NCBI GenBank assembly: GCA_032249135.1
Contig: JAVVGL010000004.1
Coordinates: forward strand, 1 to 64,000
Direction: 5' to 3'
From: Candidatus Calescibacterium sp.
GTDB lineage: Bacteria; Calescibacteriota; Calescibacteriia; Calescibacteriales; Calescibacteriaceae
Length of the DNA stretch: 64,000 nucleotides
Positions 48,373 to 57,710 of this stretch are shown in pieces; positions within the stretch are counted from its first letter, which is position 1, and every line of letters begins with the position of its first letter. The position numbers and the translations under genes were made by a program. The notes beneath the pieces were generated by a model that worked only from the letters and a program-made list of their open reading frames with translations, was not told the DNA's origin and did not search any database.

Positions 48373-50169
48373 ATGAGCAGAAAGTCTATGTTCTTTCTTA
48401 TAGCTTCAAGAACTCTTATGAAATTATCTATACTTTCTGTGATTGGTGCCTTTCTTCATATTAATTTATTCTATGTTGTTCTTTTGCTCATCTTTTTTGT
48501 TCTTGAATTAGGGTTTCTCATCGTAAGGAAGGTAATGAGTCGGAGAGATTTTTCTTTTTTGATTTTGACTACTTCTCTTATTTCTTTTTTATTCTTCGCT
48601 CTTGCGGAAAAGATATATTTGGTTTTGTTTTTTGTCATCGTTGACTTGATTTGTCTTCTTTCTATTTTTTACAAATATTTTCTTGCTTTTGGAATGTTTT
48701 TCATATTTAGTTTTCTCATCTTCAATTTTTCTGGTTTCATAGTTACTAATTCGTTAAAATCTATTGATGTTCGGAAATTTTTGCATTATGAGAACATAAA
48801 TTTTGCAAAAGGAAGGAAAGAGGGGGTTGAGCTTGATAAAATTATCTTTCGCAATGGTGAATACATAAAAACTATGTTTTCTGATGGAGAAGAAATAACA
48901 TTATTTGTTAGGGCTTTGCCATATAAAAAAGAATATGTCCTATTACTTGCAACCTTAATTTTTCCGCTGATCTCTTTACCCATAATCTCTGGATTAGGAA
49001 AAATTAAAAATAAAAAATTAATAAGGTCAAAAGATAAATCCGAAAACTCCAAGGAATCCGATGACTCCAAGGAATCTGATTTGAATGTCCCGCAAGACCA
49101 TATAGGTAGTGAAGATAAAATATATTTTCTTTCCCTTCTTGAAGAAGAATTGAATTCATTTGAAAAAAAGATATCAGAGGATAAATCTGAAATAATATCT
49201 TTGGAGGAATTTCTACAATATTTTGAAAACGAAACATTAAAGCTTGTTCCTGATTTAGGTTTGAAAGATAAAATAATATCTGTGGTGGAAAGGATGAAAG
49301 AAGTTTTATTTTTGAAGAGAGACCTTTCTCAGTTTCAGGTTGAAATTAGTGAATTGAAAAAGATTGCATCAGATGTTCTTGAAAAACTCAAATCTTCTCA
49401 TAGGTCGGTCTTAAATTTTAAGCTCAAATTGGAAAATTTTGAAAGATATATCACTTTGCTTTTCAGGTCGTTGGAATATTCTTTCCATGAGATATTTTCT
49501 CCTCTTGGTGGTATAGAGAATGAGATTGGGAAGATAAAAATTCTACTATCTTCTGATGATCGGGAAGGAGGTAAGATTTTTAAATCATATGATATTTTTG
49601 TAGAAATTGTTGGTGAGTTTGAAAAAACATTAGACAGTTTCCTGAGAGATATTCTTTCTTCTCTTGAGAATATAAAAGTTCTTGCTTTCAATTCTCAGGT
49701 TTTAACATATAAGGTAATAGATAAGGCGAGAGCTTTTGAACCGCTGGCTTCTGCGGTTGAGGAACTCATTCTTGTTAGGATGGAAGAAGTATATAAAGGG
49801 TTAAAAGAAAGCTATGAGAAATTAAAACATTCTATTGGAAGGATAAAAGATGTAAAACTTGGTTTGGATATTTCTGTTGTAAATGAACTTGAAAAAGATG
49901 TAATTTCCTTCAAAAGTGAGGTGGAAAGTAAAATTTCCAGTGTTCGTTCTCTAATTTCTTCTAATATTGAAATATCGCGGAAAACATCAGAGGTTCTTGA
50001 CAAGCTTTCAGATTATATTTTACAGAATATAAATTTTTTCTCCGAATTTATATCTAAGTTAGATCAAGGATTGAGTGCAATAAGTTCTATCTCGGAGGGC
50101 ACTGATGAAGCAGAAAAATTCTTATCTTATGTTGATAAATTGTTAGACGAGCTTAAAGCCATAAAATAG
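48373..50169 (+). CDS. Membrane protein with degenerate methyl-accepting-chemotaxis-like coiled coil
   Basis: Several N-terminal TMs; NIKVLAFNS..ARAFEPLASAVEEL resembles the MCP hairpin tip. Confidence 0.45.
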   Translation: MSRKSMFFLIASRTLMKLSILSVIGAFLHINLFYVVLLLIFFVLELGFLIVRKVMSRRDFSFLILTTSLISFLFFALAEKIYLVLFFVIVDLICLLSIFYKYFLAFGMFFIFSFLIFNFSGFIVTNSLKSIDVRKFLHYENINFAKGRKEGVELDKIIFRNGEYIKTMFSDGEEITLFVRALPYKKEYVLLLATLIFPLISLPIISGLGKIKNKKLIRSKDKSENSKESDDSKESDLNVPQDHIGSEDKIYFLSLLEEELNSFEKKISEDKSEIISLEEFLQYFENETLKLVPDLGLKDKIISVVERMKEVLFLKRDLSQFQVEISELKKIASDVLEKLKSSHRSVLNFKLKLENFERYITLLFRSLEYSFHEIFSPLGGIENEIGKIKILLSSDDREGGKIFKSYDIFVEIVGEFEKTLDSFLRDILSSLENIKVLAFNSQVLTYKVIDKARAFEPLASAVEELILVRMEEVYKGLKESYEKLKHSIGRIKDVKLGLDISVVNELEKDVISFKSEVESKISSVRSLISSNIEISRKTSEVLDKLSDYILQNINFFSEFISKLDQGLSAISSISEGTDEAEKFLSYVDKLLDELKAIK

Positions 50170-50222
50170 AAAATGATAAAATAAAAAAAGAAAAAATAGA
50201 GAATAAAAAAGAAAAATTTAAG

Positions 50223-51851
50223 ATGCTGTTGAATGAAAAAACATCAAAATTCGTAAATGTAGTGAAAGATTTTATAAGCAGGAACTATATTCGGTTATCT
50301 ATTGTTCTTTTATTTTCCATCTTTTGGATTTACTTTTTTCTGATTTTTGATAATATTCTCAAATTCCCTGAATTTATTTTCATGAACCTTATTTTTGTTG
50401 TATTATTTATTTTCCTACCACAAAATGTCTTTGTATTGTTGGCATTGGAGCTATTTTTGATCGGATTTTCAGTTTTTAGGGAGTCTTCTCACGCTATTAT
50501 TTCTGCTCTCCAACCAGAGTTCTTATTTGCCTTAATTTTCATTTCTGTTTTTTCTGTTTTGTTTTCTTTTCTAATTTTCTCCTTCTTCAAATACTACGAT
50601 GTTGGTTTCAGGAAAGATAAGGAAAAGATAACCGAAGACAAAAGAATTTATGAAGAAGTTAAAGTTTCTGATGAGATAAATTTAGAAGCTCTGAAAAGGA
50701 AAGTAGATATTTTGTTTGAAGAGATTGAGTCAGAAATAAAATCAAAGTATGATGCTATTTTAAAGAGGAAAGAGGAAATTATTAGGGTTTTCAGTGAGGG
50801 TAAATCTAAATTGCAGGAATACTACTCTCTCTTGATGAAAATTTACTCGGGGTTCTTAAATGAGACAAGGAGGGTTCAGATACTGGGAAATTTAGTTTCC
50901 GATTTTGTGAAGGATCTCAATTCATCAGCATCTTATATGATTGGCTTTTCTACGGAGTTGAGTAGATTCATTGGTGGTCTTTCATCTTTTAAATTTAGCG
51001 GAACTACTACCACTTTTTTTGATGCATCAAGGACTACCGACCATATTATTGATACTTTCGGAGAGAAAATTTCATCTTTGATTCAATCAATTTCGGCTGT
51101 AAATTTGTACAATCTTTGGGAGAATATATATGGTATAAGGGAGCATTTTTATGTTTTGAGGAAATTAATGCAAGATTTTCTACGAATTCCTCATATATGC
51201 TATGGTATTTCTATTAAGATCTCTCAAGTTGCAGCTTCTTCTGGTGATAGCGATGTCAGGAGGAGGTTATCTGCGATAGTTCAAGATATAGATGGTTTCT
51301 CTTTTAGGATTTCAGTTAATATAGCTCATATCTCCAAAAGAATAAATGATTTTGACAGTAAAATTTCTTCTCTATCAGATGCTTTTGATATTGGATTGCG
51401 TAGTTTCTCTGAGGTTTTGTTCTCTTTATCTGATATAAGATCAAGATATTTCAAAGGGATAAAGAGTAGAATGAAAGTTTTTATGGAGCAATACGAAAAA
51501 ATCTCAGATGTTAAAAATGTTATGCTGGAATTGGATAAAGATTTAGAGGCTCTTTATTCAGATCTCTCTTATGTTGTTATGACCACAGAGGACTTGATAA
51601 AGAAAACCTCATCGTTTATTTCTTCTCCTGAATTTGTCTCATTTTTAAAAGATTTAGAAGATAATATCCAAAATTCATCTCTCCTGCTTTCAAATATGGA
51701 TCAACTTATAGGGGGAATTCTTTCTCGTCTTGAAGCTCTTAACTCATTGGGCGTTCCTGAAAACGTGATGTACACTTATGTCCTCAAAAGTGTTCCTAGA
51801 TCCGAGATTATAAAAAAACTTTTAGCTGAAATTTCATCTTGGCATTATTGA
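50223..51851 (+). CDS. Membrane protein with long coiled coil (very degenerate MCP-like)
   Basis: Four N-terminal TMs and heptad-rich cytoplasmic region; same architecture as the upstream gene. Confidence 0.4.
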   Translation: MLLNEKTSKFVNVVKDFISRNYIRLSIVLLFSIFWIYFFLIFDNILKFPEFIFMNLIFVVLFIFLPQNVFVLLALELFLIGFSVFRESSHAIISALQPEFLFALIFISVFSVLFSFLIFSFFKYYDVGFRKDKEKITEDKRIYEEVKVSDEINLEALKRKVDILFEEIESEIKSKYDAILKRKEEIIRVFSEGKSKLQEYYSLLMKIYSGFLNETRRVQILGNLVSDFVKDLNSSASYMIGFSTELSRFIGGLSSFKFSGTTTTFFDASRTTDHIIDTFGEKISSLIQSISAVNLYNLWENIYGIREHFYVLRKLMQDFLRIPHICYGISIKISQVAASSGDSDVRRRLSAIVQDIDGFSFRISVNIAHISKRINDFDSKISSLSDAFDIGLRSFSEVLFSLSDIRSRYFKGIKSRMKVFMEQYEKISDVKNVMLELDKDLEALYSDLSYVVMTTEDLIKKTSSFISSPEFVSFLKDLEDNIQNSSLLLSNMDQLIGGILSRLEALNSLGVPENVMYTYVLKSVPRSEIIKKLLAEISSWHY

Positions 51852-51854
51852 TAT

Positions 51855-52529
51855 TTGATGTTAAAAGACATTATTGAGAAAGAAGGATTTTTGCTTTATG
51901 TTGTGACCGATGATAAATTCTTGCCATCGGGCTGTGGTAGGAAAGATATATCTTATGTGAGGGATATTGTAAGAAGATGTGCTGATGGCGGAGTTAAAAT
52001 TTTTCAGTATAGAGCGAAAACTATAGAACCTGTTTTTCAGTTAAAGCAAGCTCTTGCGGCGAAAGAAGAATGTGAAAAAAATGATATAATTTTCTTTGTA
52101 AATGATAGAGTAGATTTAGCATATATCATTGGAGCAAAAGGAGTTCATGTCGGACAAGAGGATATTCCGCCTCAAATTATAAAAGAGCGGTTTAATAATC
52201 TTATGATAGGTTTTTCAACTCATAACATCTATCAAGTGAGATCAGCTCCATTTAGTTTCGTTGATTATATAAGTTTCGGACCTGTTTTTAGGACGGAGAC
52301 AAAAAAAAGTAAATATCCCCCTACAGATGTAAATAACTTGCGAAAAGCCGTAAAACTTTCTCCAGTTCCTGTTGTTGCGATAGGTGGAATAAATTCAGAT
52401 AACATCGTTTATGTAGTAAAAGCTGGATGTAAAATTGCAGCATCTATATCATATATTCTTGAGAATCCAAAGGAAATTACATCAAGGTGTAGAGAAATTA
52501 TAAAGAAGGCAAAGCAAACCTTATCTTGA
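51855..52529 (+). CDS. thiE: Thiamine-phosphate synthase
   Basis: LYVVTD, QYRAK, VNDRVD, GVHVGQED, GPVFRTETK, VAIGGI. Confidence 0.93.
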   Translation: MMLKDIIEKEGFLLYVVTDDKFLPSGCGRKDISYVRDIVRRCADGGVKIFQYRAKTIEPVFQLKQALAAKEECEKNDIIFFVNDRVDLAYIIGAKGVHVGQEDIPPQIIKERFNNLMIGFSTHNIYQVRSAPFSFVDYISFGPVFRTETKKSKYPPTDVNNLRKAVKLSPVPVVAIGGINSDNIVYVVKAGCKIAASISYILENPKEITSRCREIIKKAKQTLS

Positions 52530-52553
52530 TTGAAGAAAGATTATATCAAAAAG

Positions 52554-53054
52554 CTATCTTATCAGTATTATTTTCCTCAATTTTTCCTCTTCTATAACGA
52601 AAGGGAAGATAATAATGCAAAATAGAGTAGAGGAGACTACCTTCATAAGGATTAAAAGAATAGTTTTTGGATTTTCTATTATCAAATTCACCGATATAAT
52701 AGTTGATGATAGTAATGTGAGGATAGCCGTTAGTATTACTACTGTTGGAAAGTTTCCTTTGAACATATCTGGCATATAAGAAGCTATAAATCCTGTGAGT
52801 ATATATAATGTGCCGACCAAGGGATTTCCGCCAAATATTACTCTCAGCAAAGCTATTGCGTATGATATAAAAATAACACTGTAAGATTTTTTCTCATCCG
52901 CTGATATCCAGTAAGCAGCCATAATAGAGAATAAATCTGGAAAGAACGCAAGATAGCCGAAATAAACATATGGTATGAAAAGTAAAAATAAGAGAGCAGA
53001 TATAAAAATTAATTTTTTTATGCTTATATCACTTTTTCGTTTCAGAGTTTTCAT
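52554..53054 (-). CDS. mreD: Rod shape-determining protein MreD-like
   Basis: 166-aa polytopic membrane protein with PDL motif directly after mreC. Confidence 0.55.
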   Translation of the reverse strand: MKTLKRKSDISIKKLIFISALLFLLFIPYVYFGYLAFFPDLFSIMAAYWISADEKKSYSVIFISYAIALLRVIFGGNPLVGTLYILTGFIASYMPDMFKGNFPTVVILTAILTLLSSTIISVNLIIENPKTILLILMKVVSSTLFCIIIFPFVIEEEKLRKIILIR

Positions 53055-53760
53055 CTCTTTTTATTTCTTCTTCCACAGCTATTACAGAAACATATAGTAT
53101 ATCTGATATGTCTGTAAGGATTTGAATTGCATCATCTTTTACTGTTCCTATTTTTATTCCGGCAGGTGCGCTAAATTTTGAACCAGATGTTACAGCTTCA
53201 TCTCCTTCTATCATCTCTATTGGTCCCAAGGATGCAAATATCTTCATCTTACCATCCTCACTTCCCCTGAGTATAGCTCTCATTTTTGATTTTGGAAAAA
53301 TTGCTTCAACATAGAACGATGGAGAAAAAACCGTCAAGACTTTACTTGAATTTTCAAAAACCTCCACTACTCTCCCTATAAGTTTTCCTTCTTTCATCAC
53401 AAGAGAATATTTTTTTATCCCATTCTCTTTCCCTCCATATATAAAAATCTCTTTCGGAAAATTGTCAGGTGGTATTGAGATAACTTTCGTTATTATTATT
53501 TTGTTTTTTTCTTCAAGATATGATGCTGAACTGAATTCTCTTTCCATTAATTCATTCGATTTTTTTGTAATATCTTCAAGGACTATTTTTGATATCTCTT
53601 TTTCCCTTTGATATTCCTTACCGCAAATATCTTGTTGGGAAAGATATATTTTTTGGAGCTTTTCAAATCCCGGAAGCTTTACATATAATATGTTGAACTT
53701 TTCTATTATAAAAAGAGTTGAAATTAAAACTATAACAAGTAATATTTTGGGGAGGAGCAT
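53029..53760 (-). CDS. mreC: Rod shape-determining protein MreC
   Basis: GGKENGIKK, GKLIGRVVEV..SSKVL, GDEAVTSG, PAGIKIGTV; follows mreB. Confidence 0.85.
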   Translation of the reverse strand: MLLPKILLVIVLISTLFIIEKFNILYVKLPGFEKLQKIYLSQQDICGKEYQREKEISKIVLEDITKKSNELMEREFSSASYLEEKNKIIITKVISIPPDNFPKEIFIYGGKENGIKKYSLVMKEGKLIGRVVEVFENSSKVLTVFSPSFYVEAIFPKSKMRAILRGSEDGKMKIFASLGPIEMIEGDEAVTSGSKFSAPAGIKIGTVKDDAIQILTDISDILYVSVIAVEEEIKRDENSETKK

Positions 53761-53769
53761 CGTAAAATA

Positions 53770-54816
53770 TCATGACACATTCACTCTTGTGAGAAGTTCT
53801 ATATCTTCCAAAACTTTTGCGCAACCTTTGGTAACTGCAAGTAGAGGTTCTGGTGCAACTATGGCTTTAACCCCTGTTTCCTTTTCAATAAGTATGTCAA
53901 GCCCCCTTAAAAGTGCTCCTCCTCCTGCAAGGTATATTCCTCTTTCATATATATCGGCAGATAGTTCTGGGGGTGTTTTTTCAAGTGTATTTTTTATAGC
54001 TGAAATTATCGCATATACTTGTTCCCGACATGCATTTACTATATCTCTTTGGGTTATCCATGCTTTTTTTGGGATGCCATTTGATACATCTCTGCCATAT
54101 ACTTCCATACCTTTTTCTGGCTCTAACTCAATTGCAGCTCCTATTTCTATCTTGAGTTGTTCTGCTGTTCTTTCTCCTATGTGTATCCCATGCGTTCTTC
54201 TGACATAGTGTATTATAGCTTCGTCAAACTCATCCCCTGCTATTTTTAGAGAAGTTGAACAAACGATCCCAGCCATAGATATAACTGCAACTTCTGTTGT
54301 CCCTCCTCCTATGTCTACTATCATGTTCCCCCCAGGTTGATCTACTTTCAGTCCTGCCCCGATTGCAGCAGCCATGGGTTCGTATACGAGATACACTTCC
54401 CCTGCACCTGCAAGTTCAGCCGCCTCTATAACTGCTCTCTTTTCAACCGGTGTTATTATAGAAGGAACTCCAATTACGACTCTGGGTTTGAGAAATTTAT
54501 TCCCACCCTCTAATGCTTTTCTTATAAAATATGAGAGCATAGCCTCTGCGACATCAAAATCTGCGATAACTCCATCTCTTAAAGGTCTGATGACTTTTAT
54601 GTCTTCTGGTGTTCTTCCCACCATTTTTTTTGCCTCGTTGCCGACTGCTATTACCTTTTTTATTCCACCTTTCAACTCCATTATAGCGACAACAGAGGGT
54701 TCATTTATAATCAAACCCTTTTTAGAGTGCCAGACAAGTGTGTTAGCCGTTCCCAAATCTATTGCAAGATCCCCTGGGTATCCGAAGATTTTTCTCAGGA
54801 AATTTTTTATAGACAT
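53770..54816 (-). CDS. mreB: Rod shape-determining protein MreB
   Basis: AIDLGTANT, RPLRDGVIADF, EPMAAAIGAG, DIGGGTTE, TPPELSADI; start reset to ATG 54816 because the ORF-track extension runs through tRNAs. Confidence 0.96.
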   Translation of the reverse strand: MSIKNFLRKIFGYPGDLAIDLGTANTLVWHSKKGLIINEPSVVAIMELKGGIKKVIAVGNEAKKMVGRTPEDIKVIRPLRDGVIADFDVAEAMLSYFIRKALEGGNKFLKPRVVIGVPSIITPVEKRAVIEAAELAGAGEVYLVYEPMAAAIGAGLKVDQPGGNMIVDIGGGTTEVAVISMAGIVCSTSLKIAGDEFDEAIIHYVRRTHGIHIGERTAEQLKIEIGAAIELEPEKGMEVYGRDVSNGIPKKAWITQRDIVNACREQVYAIISAIKNTLEKTPPELSADIYERGIYLAGGGALLRGLDILIEKETGVKAIVAPEPLLAVTKGCAKVLEDIELLTRVNVS

Positions 54817-54827
54817 ATTATTTTGGG

Positions 54828-54899
54828 AGCCCATGAGGGGACTCGAACCCCTGCCCTCCTCCTTACCAAGGAGGCGCTCTACCTCTGAGCTACATGGGC
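54828..54899 (-). tRNA. tRNA-Thr(GGT)
   Basis: GCCCATGTAGCTCAG..CCTCC-TT GGT AA-GGAGG..GGTTCGAGTCC..CATGGGCT cloverleaf; followed by CCC, not CCA. Confidence 0.95.
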
Positions 54900-54906
54900 A
54901 AATAAG

Positions 54907-54983
54907 TGGAGCAGGCGACGGGACTCGAACCCGCAACCCCCAGCTTGGAAGGCTGGTGCTCTAGCCGGTTGAGCTACGCCTGC
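54907..54983 (-). tRNA. tRNA-Gly(TCC)
   Basis: GCAGGCGTAGCTCAA..CCAGC-CT TCC AA-GCTGG..GGTTCGAGTCC..CGCCTGCTCCA cloverleaf with encoded CCA. Confidence 0.96.
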
Positions 54984-55079
54984 TCACATATAGAGCTAAT
55001 TTTACTTATTGAGAAATTTAAATTTAATATCTCCGAAAATTTTGTTCTTATTTGTCAAATTTTTCTCCCTATATCCTAT

Positions 55080-55937
55080 TTACCCGAGTACCCTCCATAA
55101 TTTCCCATCTTTCTTTTTTCTTTTCATCATGTATAATCTTTCATCTGCCTTTTTGATGATTTCTTCTGGTTCTTTGCCGTCTTCCGGAAATTCCGATATC
55201 CCAAACGAAAAATCAAAACTTATTTTTTCTTTTATCCTATGAGCTATTTTTTCTGCAACATCTCCGCTTGCCCCTTTTACCAGTATAACAAACTCATCCC
55301 CCCCATATCTTGCGGCAATATCAGTTTGCCTTATGCTACTTTTTATTGATGCAGCTAGTTCTTTTAACGCTTTGTCTCCTTCTATATGACCTTTTGAATC
55401 ATTTATTTTTTTCAAGTCATCTACATCTATGAATATCAAAGAAAATTTTTCATCGTTGACGATTAGATTTTTAATTTCATTCTCAAAAAATCTTCGGTTA
55501 TATAGATGAGTGAGAGGATCTAAAATGGCTTCTATTTTTTGTTTTTTCCTTCTAATATGTTCTGCATAACTCCTTGATTCAAGGCGCATCTCAACTCGTC
55601 CCAAAGTTATAAGATCTCCTGGAAGAATTTTAGCCAAAACTATCTTTTTTCCATTTACGAAAGTTCCATTTGTTGAGTTCAAATCTTTTATTGTAAGTGC
55701 CCCTTCTTCTTTCATTTCAATAAATGCGTGTTTACGAGACACGCTCTTTTCTGGAATTACCATATCAACATCTCTTGACCTCCCTATTATTCCTGGTAGT
55801 TTCAGTTCTATTTCTCTTCCAGCAATTTCTGGTGGGCTTTCTATCACAAAAACAAAAATTCTATCTTCCCTCAAAATCCTTTTTCTTGCTTGCGTTATAT
55901 CAGTCGGATCTGTCAGGTCATCCCTTAACCTATTCAT
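55080..55937 (-). CDS. FHA-domain diguanylate cyclase
   Basis: IGRS..VSRKHA..DLNSTNGT (FHA); DPLTHLYNRR, RQTD I-site, RYGGDEF. Confidence 0.92.
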   Translation of the reverse strand: MNRLRDDLTDPTDITQARKRILREDRIFVFVIESPPEIAGREIELKLPGIIGRSRDVDMVIPEKSVSRKHAFIEMKEEGALTIKDLNSTNGTFVNGKKIVLAKILPGDLITLGRVEMRLESRSYAEHIRRKKQKIEAILDPLTHLYNRRFFENEIKNLIVNDEKFSLIFIDVDDLKKINDSKGHIEGDKALKELAASIKSSIRQTDIAARYGGDEFVILVKGASGDVAEKIAHRIKEKISFDFSFGISEFPEDGKEPEEIIKKADERLYMMKRKKKDGKLWRVLG

Positions 55938-55997
55938 ATATTCTTAATTTTAAATTTTTGATCTATCTATATTATTCTTAATTTACTCTTTTGTCTT

Positions 55998-57182
55998 TTG
56001 GGAATACAAAATTTGAAGCTGAAACTTTTAAATTTTTTTTTGATGAAAGACGGTAATAAACAAGATGATCAGGCTTTACTTAGTTTTAACTTAAAGATTT
56101 TTGTTGCGGGTCATAGAGGACTTGTCGGCTCTCATATACTTGATGCCCTAAAACAGAGGGGGTACAAAAATTTCGTTTTGAGGACAAAAAGCGAGCTTGA
56201 TCTGAGGCGTCAGGCTGATACTGAGGATTTTTTTTCAAGCGAAAAACCAGATTGGGTTTTTCTTGCTGCTGCAAAGGTCGGAGGTATCCTTGCAAACTCA
56301 ACCTATAAAGCTGAATTCATATACGATAACCTTGCAATCGCTCTAAATGTTATACATTCTGCTTTCAAATTCGGAGTAAAAAAACTCCTGAATTTAGGCT
56401 CATCTTGTATATATCCTAAATTCTCCCCTCAACCTATGAAAGAAGAATATTTGCTTTTGGGATATCTTGAGCCAACAAATGAACCTTATGCTATCGCAAA
56501 AATATCTGCTATAAAGCTTGTCAGATACTACAACGAAAGATACGGGACAAATTTCTTTTCTGTTATGCCAACTAATTTATACGGTCCTCGTGATAACTTC
56601 AATCTTGAAACTTCTCATGTTATTCCAGCTCTTATAAGAAAATTTCATCTCGCAAAACTTCTACAAAAAGATGATTTTGAAGGTATAATAAAAGATATAA
56701 GAAAAACTCCTCTGGGTTTTGGACTTGATGAAAAAATAAATTTTGAAGATCAGAACTCAATAGAAAAAGCTCTTTCATTTTGTGGGATAGAAAAACATAA
56801 AGTTACACTTTGGGGAAGCGGGGAGGTTTTCAGAGAGTTTTTATATGTAGAAGACCTTGCATCATGTTGTGTGTTTCTTATGGAAAATGTAAATGCAGAA
56901 GATATAAGGAAACTAAACCAAGACTATTTTGTGAATGTCGGGACAGGGGAAGATTTGAAAATAAAAGAGCTTGCTCAAATCGTAAAAGACACGGTTGGAT
57001 TTCAAGGAGAAATATCTTGGGATAGATCAAAGCCAGACGGAACTCCAAGAAAATTGCTTGATGTATCTTTGATAAAAAAACTCGGATGGGAACCGCGCAT
57101 TAGCCTAAAAGATGGAATAAAAAAAACATACTCTTGGTACTTGGAATATGTTTATGGAAATGCTGAATATGGTAGAAAATAA
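55998..57182 (+). CDS. fcl: GDP-L-fucose synthase (start probably 56043)
   Basis: GHRGLVGS, AAAKVGGI, LGSSCIYP, YAIAK, PTNLYGP, SHVIPALIRK, KPDGTPRK. Confidence 0.94.
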   Translation: MGIQNLKLKLLNFFLMKDGNKQDDQALLSFNLKIFVAGHRGLVGSHILDALKQRGYKNFVLRTKSELDLRRQADTEDFFSSEKPDWVFLAAAKVGGILANSTYKAEFIYDNLAIALNVIHSAFKFGVKKLLNLGSSCIYPKFSPQPMKEEYLLLGYLEPTNEPYAIAKISAIKLVRYYNERYGTNFFSVMPTNLYGPRDNFNLETSHVIPALIRKFHLAKLLQKDDFEGIIKDIRKTPLGFGLDEKINFEDQNSIEKALSFCGIEKHKVTLWGSGEVFREFLYVEDLASCCVFLMENVNAEDIRKLNQDYFVNVGTGEDLKIKELAQIVKDTVGFQGEISWDRSKPDGTPRKLLDVSLIKKLGWEPRISLKDGIKKTYSWYLEYVYGNAEYGRK

Positions 57183-57266
57183 TGGTAAAAGATAAACGAT
57201 TTTTTGCTTTTTGTTAGGGGAGAACTTAACCAATAAAAAAGAAATTAACCAAATAAAGAATATATC

Positions 57267-57689
57267 ATGAGTGAAGAGAAAATTATTTTTTCCGAGAGCG
57301 TAAAAGGGAAAGAAGGGGAGTGGATTGAGGAAGAATTTTGTTCAAAAGACCTTGAAAAATTTCTCGCCGCAATAGGTGAAGAAAATAAATTACAAGATTA
57401 TATAAAAAACGGATGGATTTTCCCAACATTCTTTACTATTTTCAGAAAAGGAAGACCAGACCCGCAAATTTCAGGATATAAAACTTTTTTACACGCAGAG
57501 CAAGAATACGAAATTTTCTCTTTTCCCAAATTAGGTGGAAAAGTAAGATACAGAACAAAAATCAAAGATATATACAAAAAAGTAAGTAAGAGGACAGGGA
57601 AAGATATGGTCTTCGTTGTTTTTGAAACCGAATTTTATTCTAACGAAAATCTTATTTGCATAGGTAGATCAACTCTGGTTTTTTTGTGA
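57267..57689 (+). CDS. MaoC/hot-dog fold dehydratase-like protein
   Basis: FLAAIGEEN, FPTF, LHAEQEY, MVFVVFETEF. Confidence 0.7.
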   Translation: MSEEKIIFSESVKGKEGEWIEEEFCSKDLEKFLAAIGEENKLQDYIKNGWIFPTFFTIFRKGRPDPQISGYKTFLHAEQEYEIFSFPKLGGKVRYRTKIKDIYKKVSKRTGKDMVFVVFETEFYSNENLICIGRSTLVFL

Positions 57690-57710
57690 AGTTATGTAGG
57701 GGGTGTTTGT

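Noticed and set aside
54817-54936. 40-aa N-terminal extension of MreB in the ORF track
   Set aside because: It runs through two tRNA genes; the real start is most likely ATG 54816
56650-56810. Insertion of about 45 aa in GDP-fucose synthase as a possible intein
   Set aside because: No intein terminal motifs; similar insertions occur in one Fcl subfamily
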